From positions 32,001-96,000 of the forward strand of contig OZ244999.1 in assembly GCA_965223265.1 (NCBI GenBank): DNA of 64,000 nt, given 5' to 3'. Made by a program: the position numbers and the translations under genes. Shown in pieces: positions 34,535 to 42,815 of the stretch. How positions within the stretch are numbered: the stretch's first letter is position 1; every line of letters starts with the position of its first letter. The stretch comes from Planctomycetota bacterium. Lineage in GTDB: Bacteria; Planctomycetota; UBA8108; SXIK01. The notes beneath the pieces are model-generated. The model saw only the letters and a list, made by a program, of their open reading frames with translations. It had not been told where the DNA came from and did no database searches.

Positions 34535-35824
34535 ATGTCGTCTGCGCAAGTGCCGAACGACGATTCCCAAGACGCTGCACCGACGGGTGGGGCGAGCACA
34601 GCGCAAGTGAGCGGCGCCACGGACATCCTCGACAGTGCCGTGCTCGCTGTCGCGTACGTTCCAGATTTTCTTCCCGAGTCTCTACTCGTCTGGTTCGTTC
34701 CAAACCGCGAGCAGCCGACGGCATGTTACCTCGAATTCGTCGGCGAAATGGCGGAGAACTGGCAGACGTACTACACGAAGAAGGGCTTTCAATTCGTTAC
34801 AGATCGCCCCGCCGAGTGCGCGGGACCGTTTCGCGTCGACCCCGCGGGATTTCGCTTCGAGATTCTTGAACCGGGACGGTTCTTGGTGCCGAAGCCACAC
34901 TTTCGTATCTCGGAGGCAGCGGATCCCGTGCCGCTCCCAGGGCTCGAGAAGCGTCGACCGATCAATCCGTGGAAACCGAACTACATTCAGGCGACGACCT
35001 TCATCAAGAAGTACGATTGGCCACATCCGGTGCCGCGAGCTGTGCACTACGCTGTGTGGGAGATTGAAGAGTGCGGGCAGATCGCAGGCAGCACCTCGTG
35101 GAAGAACGCCGAGTCGATCCTGCGGGCGGGGGCGACGCCCGAGGTGCTGAGCTGCATCGCCGACATCTTCTACAACCGGCCGGAGGACTATCCTCTAGGC
35201 TCCGAGGTCTACCTGCGAATCCTCGGCTCCAGCGGTGACGACGGCTTCGCGAAGCTTGCGGAGCTGGCGAAACACCCCATCAGCCGTAAGCGCAAGATGG
35301 TCGCACAGGTCATGGGTGGCCTCGTTGAGGATCGCTATCTTCCGCACTTGATCGAGCTGCTCGAGGACGAGGATCCCGACGTCCGCCGCACGGCGCTCCG
35401 CTCGATCGGGCGGGTCGGTGTCAGCGAAGAAACGACGGGCGCCGAAAAGGTCGCTGCCTATCTAGAGTCGGACGAGCTTCCATACCGCGTGTGGGCAGCG
35501 CAGGCGCTTTGCAAAGGGGGCAACGACTCATACCGAAAGTTCTTCATCGGTCTCATCAAGGAAGAGCCGCGACTTCTCAGTGACATGGGGGAGCTTGGAG
35601 ACGTGCTTCACGATCTCGAGCTCTATCAGGCGGTTCCGTTTCTGATCGATCGTTTGAAGCACGAGAAGGCGGAGTTTCGTAGTGACGCGGCGGAGGCCCT
35701 GGAGCGGCTGACGGAGATCCCGCTCGAATACAAATCGATCGACTCGCAACAGGAACGACGGGATGCGATCAAGCTCTGCGAGCGGTGGTGGAAGGATTAC
35801 AAGAAACGCCGGAGCGGTCGATGA
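34535..35824 (+). CDS. HEAT repeat protein with an unrecognised N-terminal domain
   Basis: PBS/HEAT repeats LIELLEDEDPDVRRTALRSIG, AVPFLIDRLKHEKAEFRSDAAEALERLT; ATGA overlap with the next gene. Confidence 0.8.
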   Translation: MSSAQVPNDDSQDAAPTGGASTAQVSGATDILDSAVLAVAYVPDFLPESLLVWFVPNREQPTACYLEFVGEMAENWQTYYTKKGFQFVTDRPAECAGPFRVDPAGFRFEILEPGRFLVPKPHFRISEAADPVPLPGLEKRRPINPWKPNYIQATTFIKKYDWPHPVPRAVHYAVWEIEECGQIAGSTSWKNAESILRAGATPEVLSCIADIFYNRPEDYPLGSEVYLRILGSSGDDGFAKLAELAKHPISRKRKMVAQVMGGLVEDRYLPHLIELLEDEDPDVRRTALRSIGRVGVSEETTGAEKVAAYLESDELPYRVWAAQALCKGGNDSYRKFFIGLIKEEPRLLSDMGELGDVLHDLELYQAVPFLIDRLKHEKAEFRSDAAEALERLTEIPLEYKSIDSQQERRDAIKLCERWWKDYKKRRSGR

Positions 35825-37380
35825 GTGATTCGCAGGGTCCAGCTCAGTCCCCTGAAGGGGTACAGCCGCAATTGCCGGATCTTGCCCCGGTCTTGGCCTC
35901 CAAGAATCCGCTCCACTGGGTGGTCGTCTTTGGTCCTGGAGCGATCGTTGCGTCGCTCACGATCGGCACCGGCGAGCTCATCTTCTCGGCGCGTACCGGC
36001 GCACTGTTTGGCTACAACACGTTGTGGCTGTTCACGATCACCTGTTTGATCAAGTGGGCGCTCGTCTTTGCGACCGGACGGCACCTCGTCGTCAGCGGTG
36101 CGCACCCGTTCGAGCGCTGGGCGTCGCTGCCTGGACCTCGAGCTTGGTTTGTGTTCGTCATGCTGCTTTTCGGGCTGCTGACGTTCCCGGTTTGGGTTGG
36201 CTTCCTCAGCATGACGCTCGGCTCCTTGGGGACGGCATACTACTCGCGTGTGCCTGAGGAGGCGTGGGGCGCTGTGGCTGTCATTCTGGTCACGTTTTTA
36301 GCTTTCGCCGGTGGCTACACCTGGCTCGAACGCATCCAGATGGCGATCGTCTTCGCACTTCTTGGCACCGTCGCCGTCTCGTGCTTTCTTCTGAAGCCGC
36401 AGCCGGAGTGGCTCGAGATTGTGAAGTCCCTGTTCGTGCCCGGACCGATGGAATATCCAGATTGGGTAGCGAGCGCTGACCCGGTGCTCGCGAAGAGGCC
36501 GCCGATGCTCGAGACGATCAACACACTTGGGGTGATCGGCGGCAGCGGCTTCGACTACTTGGCGTATGTTTCGTTTCTACGCAACAAGTCTTGGGGCCTA
36601 AGCCGTGGCCCCTCTGCGAGTGCGGCACAGATCGAAGCTCTCGACCAAGCGCGTGGCCCCGTGCTGCGAGGTTGGATTCGTGCGCCGCTCATCGATGCAA
36701 CGGTGAGTTTCGTCATCATTCTCGTCTTCAGCGTCGTCTTCGTCGCGCTCGGACACATCGTCCTCGGCGCGGAGCAGCAGGTCCCGGGTGACGAGAACAT
36801 GCTCCAGCTGCAGCAAGAGTTCGTCTCACGAGTGCATCCGACGCTTGAGTATCTTTACCTTGCCGGTGCGATTCTGGCGCTGCTCGGCACGGTGTACGGC
36901 ATCACGGAAGTGGCGCCGGCGGTGGTCGAAGAGTGCGTCGCGGCGATCACGGGGCGATCGGCTGGGCGAGCGTCAAAGCGGGTTCGTTTTCTCGCGATCC
37001 TCTGGTGCAGTGGCGCCGGATTGGCTGTGATTGGGTGGAGTGCCTGGACTCGGCATGAGACGGGAGAGATGCGACCGCCGCAGCTTGTCGGGCTCATCAC
37101 GCCGGTCAACCTTTTCACTGGGGTCATGGCGTGCGGGTTCATAGCGATCCTCAGCCCGTGGATGGACCGAAAGTTCCTACCAGCCGGGCTGCGAATGAGC
37201 CCACTTCTGGCGGGGATCAATCTAGTCGGTGGGGTGTTCTTCGTCGGTCTCAGTCTTGTCGGCTATTGGAACAGATATGGCCCGAGCGGTGAGCTCTGGA
37301 TACCGACCCTCTTCTTCGTGACGACGGTGGTGTTCGGACTCGTCGTCGCCGTTTTGTTTCGCGCCCGGGTTTCTTCATGA
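35821..37380 (+). CDS. Nramp-superfamily-like (APC fold) transporter, non-canonical
   Basis: GPGAIVASLTIGTGELI N-terminal motif, about 11-12 TM helices; lacks the MntH DPGN motif. Confidence 0.75.
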   Translation: MSDSQGPAQSPEGVQPQLPDLAPVLASKNPLHWVVVFGPGAIVASLTIGTGELIFSARTGALFGYNTLWLFTITCLIKWALVFATGRHLVVSGAHPFERWASLPGPRAWFVFVMLLFGLLTFPVWVGFLSMTLGSLGTAYYSRVPEEAWGAVAVILVTFLAFAGGYTWLERIQMAIVFALLGTVAVSCFLLKPQPEWLEIVKSLFVPGPMEYPDWVASADPVLAKRPPMLETINTLGVIGGSGFDYLAYVSFLRNKSWGLSRGPSASAAQIEALDQARGPVLRGWIRAPLIDATVSFVIILVFSVVFVALGHIVLGAEQQVPGDENMLQLQQEFVSRVHPTLEYLYLAGAILALLGTVYGITEVAPAVVEECVAAITGRSAGRASKRVRFLAILWCSGAGLAVIGWSAWTRHETGEMRPPQLVGLITPVNLFTGVMACGFIAILSPWMDRKFLPAGLRMSPLLAGINLVGGVFFVGLSLVGYWNRYGPSGELWIPTLFFVTTVVFGLVVAVLFRARVSS

Positions 37381-38628
37381 CTTCGCAGGGGGAGGGCGCC
37401 GCCTGCTTTTCAGTAGGCGGCCGCGCGTGATGGCGTTCTTTCCGTGGCGCGTGAGGATCTTCTCTTCTGCGCGTGCAAGCTCGGTCGCCGACTGTGTCGC
37501 ATCGCCGTCAAAGAACGAGAGTTGCTGCTCGGGGCGCGCAGTGAGCTGGCTGAGACCAACACCGAGCAGCCGGACGCTTGGCCGCCGTAGCGACACCTTG
37601 GTGGCGAAGAGCCTGTGGGTCACCGGGTAGATCTCCTCGACGAGTTGTGTCGGGTTGGCGAGCGTTTGAGATCGCGACACCGTGAAGAAGCTGCCGTCAC
37701 GAACCTTCAGTGTGACCGTGCTGCCCCAGAGTCTTTCATGGCGCAGACGCGACGCCACCTGGTGCGACAGCGAAAAGAGCACGTCATCGATCGCGGCGGT
37801 GTCGTCGCACGGAATGAACTCCGCGAACGTCATCTCATGGCTGATTGAGCGAGCCGAACGCGACGTGTTGACCTTCCTCCGGTCGATCCCGCGCGCCAGC
37901 CGTGCGATGTGTGCACCGAGGTCGACACCGATGAGCCGCTCAAGTTCCTCTGGTCGGCGCCTTGCGATGTCACCGATTGTCTCGACTCCCGCATCGCTCA
38001 GCCGCTCAGCCGTCTTCGGCCCAACGCCCCAGAGACGGCGCATGGGAAGCGGCGCCAGAAACTCTGCCGCGCGACCGCGGGGCACGACGACGAGACCACT
38101 CGGCTTGCGGAGATCGCTTGCGACTTTCGCGAGGAACTTGTTCTCGGCAACACCGATCGAGCACGTGAGGCGCGTTTCCGCCGCGACGCGGCTCTGTAGT
38201 TCTTCGGCGACTCTGGCGGCTCGTGTCGCGGCTGCGGCGTCTGCCTCGGAATTTACAGGCTCGGTGTCTCCGCGCCGCTGCGGATAGCAACCGGTGACGT
38301 CGAGAAACGCTTCGTCGATCGACAGCGGTTCAACCAGTGGCGTCACTTGCCGAAAGATGGAGAAGACTTGCCGCGACATTTCGCTGTAGCGTGACAGGCG
38401 TGGCCGTAGAAAGACGCCGTGCGGGCAGCGACGTACCGCTTCGGTGGCCGGCATCGCACTATGGACGCCATAGCGGCGCGCCTCGTAGCTCGCCGTTGAA
38501 ACGACACCTCGCCCTTGCGGCGTCCCACCGACGATCACCGGCTTGCCAGCGAGATGCGGATGATCGAGGATCTCGACCGCGGCGAAGAACGCATCCATGT
38601 CGACGTGAAGAATCCAGCGCTGCTGCAT
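37375..38628 (-). CDS. dinB: DNA polymerase IV (Y-family)
   Basis: ILHVDMDAFFAAVE, STASYEARRYGVHSAM, SIDEAFLD, KFLAKVASDLRKPSG, LWGVGPKT; start ATG 38628. Confidence 0.95.
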   Translation of the reverse strand: MQQRWILHVDMDAFFAAVEILDHPHLAGKPVIVGGTPQGRGVVSTASYEARRYGVHSAMPATEAVRRCPHGVFLRPRLSRYSEMSRQVFSIFRQVTPLVEPLSIDEAFLDVTGCYPQRRGDTEPVNSEADAAAATRAARVAEELQSRVAAETRLTCSIGVAENKFLAKVASDLRKPSGLVVVPRGRAAEFLAPLPMRRLWGVGPKTAERLSDAGVETIGDIARRRPEELERLIGVDLGAHIARLARGIDRRKVNTSRSARSISHEMTFAEFIPCDDTAAIDDVLFSLSHQVASRLRHERLWGSTVTLKVRDGSFFTVSRSQTLANPTQLVEEIYPVTHRLFATKVSLRRPSVRLLGVGLSQLTARPEQQLSFFDGDATQSATELARAEEKILTRHGKNAITRGRLLKSRRRPPPAKS

Positions 38629-38786
38629 CGGCTGTGTCCGCGAGGATTGATGTCGGGAGGCGCGATGGGGAGGTCGCGCGTTTCCGTACCCAGATCTGTA
38701 TCTGTCCCCATTGTCGCAAAAAAGAAGCGCTTCGTGCGATGACTTCATCGCGACCGTCGAGCGGGTGTTTCGTGCCCTGGGCCGTG

Positions 38787-38888
38787 CGCGATTGCGATTG
38801 CGATTGCGTGTGCGATTGCGTGTGCGATTGCGTGTGCGTGTGCGTGTGCGTGTGCGTGGGAGTGGGAGTGGGAGTGGGAGTGGGAGGG
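38787..38888 (+). repeat. Compound hexanucleotide microsatellite (TGCGAT/TGCGTG, then GGAGTG)
   Basis: About 17 consecutive 6-bp units grading from TGCGAT to TGCGTG to GGAGTG. Confidence 0.9.
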
Positions 38889-38910
38889 CTCCGCTCTTAA
38901 AGCAGTAGGG

Positions 38911-38988
38911 CTGTCTCCGCTTCTGTCTCCGTGTCCGTCTCTGTCTCGGCCGCTGTCTCCTCCTCTCTCCCCGAATCCTCTGCCGTGC
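38911..38988 (+). repeat. Degenerate pyrimidine-rich hexamer array (CTGTCT/CCGTCT-like)
   Basis: ctgtct ccgctt ctgtct ccgtgt ccgtct ctgtct cggccg ctgtct cctcct ctctcc... Confidence 0.65.
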
Positions 38989-39013
38989 TTACATCGCCGA
39001 ACGCCTTTTTCTT

Positions 39014-39042
39014 TAGACAGCATCTGCCCTTTTCCCTACACT
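39014..39042 (+). promoter_or_regulatory. Candidate sigma70 promoter for the Gfo/Idh/MocA gene
   Basis: TAGACA-17 bp-TACACT. Confidence 0.45.
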
Positions 39043-39169
39043 CTCAAATTGTCTCGGCACGACGCACGCCTGCAACTGATTGTTGAAACATCCCCTGACC
39101 GAGCTCGACGTGACACTTTCAGCGTCCGCGGCGATGAGCTCGGTGCAGTGTTTTGGGAGGAGATTCTTC

Positions 39170-40366
39170 ATGAGTTTTAACGGTGGCTTGAACCGTAAGC
39201 TTCGAATGGGACTGGTGGGCGGCGGGCGTGGTGCGTTCATCGGCCGCGTGCACGCGACGGCGGCAGTTTTGGACAACCGCTGCGAGTTGGTCGCGGGGGC
39301 GCTGTCGTCGAATCCCCAGGTCGCGAAGGAATCCGCACCTGAGTATGGCATCGCTGCGGAGCGCGCTTACGGTTCAGTGCAGGAGATGATCGAGGGCGAA
39401 CTGCAGCGACCTGAGGGTGATCGTATCGACTTTGTCACCGTCGCGACGCCGAACCACACGCATTTCGAGATCGCTGCAGCCGCGGTCGATGCAGGATTCA
39501 ACGTCATGTGTGACAAACCGATGACGTTCAATCTTGAGCAGGCCGAGCAGCTGGCGCGGCAGGTTGACGAGAAGGGCGTCGTGTTTGCCGTGACGCACAA
39601 CTACACTGGGTATCCACTCGTGCGCCAGGCGCGCGAGATGGTTCTTTCGGGCGAGCTGGGCGAGATCCAAGCGATTCGCTCCTCGTACATCCAGGGCTGG
39701 CTGCGTTCGCGCCTCGAGGAGGACGGGCAGAAACAAGCGGCGTGGCGGACCGATCCGAGCAAGTCTGGCGCTTCAGGCTGCTTTGGCGATATCGGCACGC
39801 ACGCGTTCAATCTTGGCCGATACATCAGCGCGCTCTTACCCAATGAGATCTCCTGCCATTTCAAGGTGTTCGCCCCGGGCCGAAAGCTCGATGACTACGG
39901 CTGCGCACTTGTCAGCTACGAGGGCGGAGGCTTTGGAACGGTGACCGCATCACAGATCTCGCACGGTCGCGAGAACGACCTGGCAATCGAGATCGACGGC
40001 ACGAAAGCGGCAATCCAATGGCGTCAGGAAGAACCGAACGTCATGGTTTTCAGGCAAAACGGCGAGCCTCACAAGCTCTACACGAGGGATCCGAATGCGC
40101 CGTACATGAACACGAGTGGTGCAGCCGCTTGCCGTCTTCCGAGCGGCCACCCAGAGGCGTTCTTTGAGGCCTTCGCGAACGTCTATCGCGCCGCGTTCGA
40201 CGACATGGCGCGGCGCGCGCTGGGACAGCCGTTCGAACGCCGCGACACCGTGTATCCGAACGTCCATGACGGCACGGAAGGAATGTTTTTCATTCAGCAG
40301 TGTGTTGCCAGCTCGCGCGAAAACGGCGCTTGGGTCAACGCGCGACATGAGTTGGCACGACCGTAG
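39170..40366 (+). CDS. Gfo/Idh/MocA family oxidoreductase
   Basis: LRMGLVGGGRGAFIGRVH, VATPNHTH, CDKP, GDIGTHAF, LPSGHPEAFFEAFANVY; start ATG 39170 after GGAGGAG. Confidence 0.93.
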   Translation: MSFNGGLNRKLRMGLVGGGRGAFIGRVHATAAVLDNRCELVAGALSSNPQVAKESAPEYGIAAERAYGSVQEMIEGELQRPEGDRIDFVTVATPNHTHFEIAAAAVDAGFNVMCDKPMTFNLEQAEQLARQVDEKGVVFAVTHNYTGYPLVRQAREMVLSGELGEIQAIRSSYIQGWLRSRLEEDGQKQAAWRTDPSKSGASGCFGDIGTHAFNLGRYISALLPNEISCHFKVFAPGRKLDDYGCALVSYEGGGFGTVTASQISHGRENDLAIEIDGTKAAIQWRQEEPNVMVFRQNGEPHKLYTRDPNAPYMNTSGAAACRLPSGHPEAFFEAFANVYRAAFDDMARRALGQPFERRDTVYPNVHDGTEGMFFIQQCVASSRENGAWVNARHELARP

Positions 40367-40378
40367 AGGTGCGAGGAA

Positions 40379-40624
40379 ATGAGTGAGAACAACGCGACCG
40401 CCGGAGGCGACGCGCAGCTCTTGCCGCAGGATCTTCTCGACCTGCTGGTTTGCCCGATCGGCAAGAAGCCGCTGCGAGTCGAAGGTGATCTCTTGATCTG
40501 TACAGAGTGTGGCGCGGGTTATCGCGTCACCGACGGTATCCCGAACATGCTCATCGAAGAGGCCGTTCTTCCTGACGGTGTCAGCGATCCGCAGGAGCTC
40601 AGCTGCTACGTGGCGCAGGAGTGA
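40379..40624 (+). CDS. Trm112-like (YcaR/UPF0434) protein
   Basis: LLDLLVCPIGKKPL...LICTECGAGYRVTDGIPNMLIEEA. Confidence 0.88.
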   Translation: MSENNATAGGDAQLLPQDLLDLLVCPIGKKPLRVEGDLLICTECGAGYRVTDGIPNMLIEEAVLPDGVSDPQELSCYVAQE

Positions 40625-40710
40625 GGCGGACGACGGGGTGTGACATCGTATGTCCCATCACTAAGCCGCGTTGCTCCGCCCTCGTCAGGCGTGGTGCGGC
40701 GAAGCGCGAC

Positions 40711-41436
40711 TTAGAACGGTGCGCTCGCCGCGCGGCGGATATAGATCTGGTCCACCGCGGCGCGTTTTGGCAGCGCCAACAGATAGAGAACCGTCTGAGC
40801 GATGTCTTCGGGCTGTAGCATGGCGTCGCGGTCGAGATCTGGGCGAGCCGCACCGATCAGCTCCGTGTTGACTCCACCAGGAAGAACCGCACTGACGCGA
40901 ACCCCATGCGGTTGTGCTTCCACTGCAACCGACTTCGTCAGCCCGAGCAGGGCGTGCTTGCTCGCCGTGTACGCCGCCTGGTTGGGGTAGCCCTTGAAGC
41001 TGACGACGCTACCGACCGTAACGATGTAGCCATCGGCCTGCCGGCGCATGAGCTGCAGCGCCGCTCGGCAGCACAAGAACGCGCCGCGGGCGTTGACCGC
41101 CATGACGCGATCGAAGTCGTCCGCGCTCGTCTCTTCGATTGGTTCGAACACGCCGATGCCGGCATTCAATACGGCGACATCAAGGCGGGATGAGCGGTTC
41201 TCGATCGTTGCGAAGAGGGCGTTGACATCGTCCGCGCAGGCGACATCGCAGCGCACCTTAGAAGCGCTGCCGCCCGCCGCGGCGACCTCCTCTGCGACCG
41301 CGGCGAGCTGCTCTTCGCTCCGAGCAGCGAGGTACACCTCGGCTCCCTGCGCTGCAAGAGCGAGGGCCACGGCTCGCCCGATTCCACGGCCGGCTCCAGT
41401 CACCAGTGCGACGCGTCCATCAAGATTTGGATTCAT
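40711..41436 (-). CDS. Short-chain dehydrogenase/reductase (SDR)
   Basis: TGAGRGIG, LNAG, YTASK catalytic motif; start ATG 41436. Confidence 0.93.
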   Translation of the reverse strand: MNPNLDGRVALVTGAGRGIGRAVALALAAQGAEVYLAARSEEQLAAVAEEVAAAGGSASKVRCDVACADDVNALFATIENRSSRLDVAVLNAGIGVFEPIEETSADDFDRVMAVNARGAFLCCRAALQLMRRQADGYIVTVGSVVSFKGYPNQAAYTASKHALLGLTKSVAVEAQPHGVRVSAVLPGGVNTELIGAARPDLDRDAMLQPEDIAQTVLYLLALPKRAAVDQIYIRRAASAPF

Positions 41437-41629
41437 ACGTCTCCAACTTCTCGCCGGTCTCGACCTGACGTCGCCGCTCGGTCGACGAACAAGAAATCGC
41501 GGTAGCAGGTTCATACTACCGCGATTTGGTGTCGTCCCTCAATCCGTGTTTGGTTTGCTACTGGCGTTCGCTGCACACCACAAGCGCACTACGGTTCAAG
41601 GTTCGTTCTTCGGTTGACTCGCCGCGCTG

Positions 41630-42487
41630 TCAGTCGACGTCCGTAGCGACGTAGATATAGTCAACCAGCTTGACTCCAGTCCCCGAAGACTTGATCGCTT
41701 GCTCGACGGTCTGCTTCTCGTCGTGGACGTAGGGCTGCTCGAGAAGGCACTGTTCGGAGATGAATTTGTCGATTTGGCCCTGGATGATCTTCTTCAAGAT
41801 CTCCTCCGGCTTTTTCGCGTTTTTCGGATCAGCTTTCATTCTCTCGAGAAAGATCTCTCGTTCGCGTTCGATGATCGCGGGGTCGAGTTGATCACGCGAG
41901 AGCGCCTTCGGCTTCGTGAAGACGATATGCATCGACAGATTCTTCCCGAGCTCGGCGACTTTCGCGTCACTTGTCGAGCCGCCTTCCAGGGCGACCATTG
42001 CCGCTTTCTTGTTGTCGAAGTGAACATACTGGACGACTGCGTCCGCACCAAAGCGGGCGAAGCGCCCCAGCGTGATGTTCTCTCGAATTTGATTCACGAG
42101 CTCCGTGATGCCATCGCCGACAGTTTCGCCACTCGGAAGCTTGCTACTCTTGAGACTCTCAGCGCTGTCTGGGTTCGCTGCATCGACAACGGCTGTCAGG
42201 TGGCGAAGAAACTCCTGAAAAGTCTCGTTCTTTGCCACCGATTCAGTCTCGCAGCGAAGTGCGACGAGAACGCCGGACTTGCCGTCATCGCTGAGCTGCG
42301 ATCCAACAAGCCCGTCTGATGCCTCTCGACCGGCCAGCTTCTCTACCGCCTTGAGACCTGCCTTGCGCAGGTTCGTGTACGCCACTTCCACATCTCCGTC
42401 GGTCTCCTGGAGTGCCCGTTTGCATTCCATCATCGGAAGACCCGTCTTTTCGCGGAGTTCTTTGACTAGTTTTGCGTCGATCGCCAT
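41630..42487 (-). CDS. tsf: Translation elongation factor Ts
   Basis: MAIDAKLVKELREKTGLPMMECKRALQETDGD, IRENITLGRF, LSMHI, KPEEILKKIIQGQIDKF...CLLEQPYV; start ATG 42487. Confidence 0.95.
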   Translation of the reverse strand: MAIDAKLVKELREKTGLPMMECKRALQETDGDVEVAYTNLRKAGLKAVEKLAGREASDGLVGSQLSDDGKSGVLVALRCETESVAKNETFQEFLRHLTAVVDAANPDSAESLKSSKLPSGETVGDGITELVNQIRENITLGRFARFGADAVVQYVHFDNKKAAMVALEGGSTSDAKVAELGKNLSMHIVFTKPKALSRDQLDPAIIEREREIFLERMKADPKNAKKPEEILKKIIQGQIDKFISEQCLLEQPYVHDEKQTVEQAIKSSGTGVKLVDYIYVATDVD

Positions 42488-42815
42488 GGCTCTACACTCC
42501 ATGCCGTTGGTGTCTTCGAAGGTCGTCTGTCGCTGAACGAAGCCCCTGATGAAGACCGGAACCTTACCGGTTGTCAAGAGAAGATTGCGCGCTGATTTGG
42601 CTCACAGAGGTGAGCCGAGGCCTTAGCCACTCGCGTTCGTCGTCTGTGGCTCCGCCGTGCGAGCCTGGTGTTCCGTAACTCCCTTCACGCGTGGGTCTCG
42701 GGGGCTTCCGCACCGTTTCTTCGGATCGGTGGTTCCGAAAAGTTGAGAGGAGTGGCAACGATTCGTCGGCGTCGTATTCTTCTCCAGCCGAACTTTAATC
42801 GCGCTACATCCGCGC

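Noticed and set aside
38629-38786. LexA/SOS box upstream of dinB
   Set aside because: No palindrome matching SOS boxes I know; cannot be supported.
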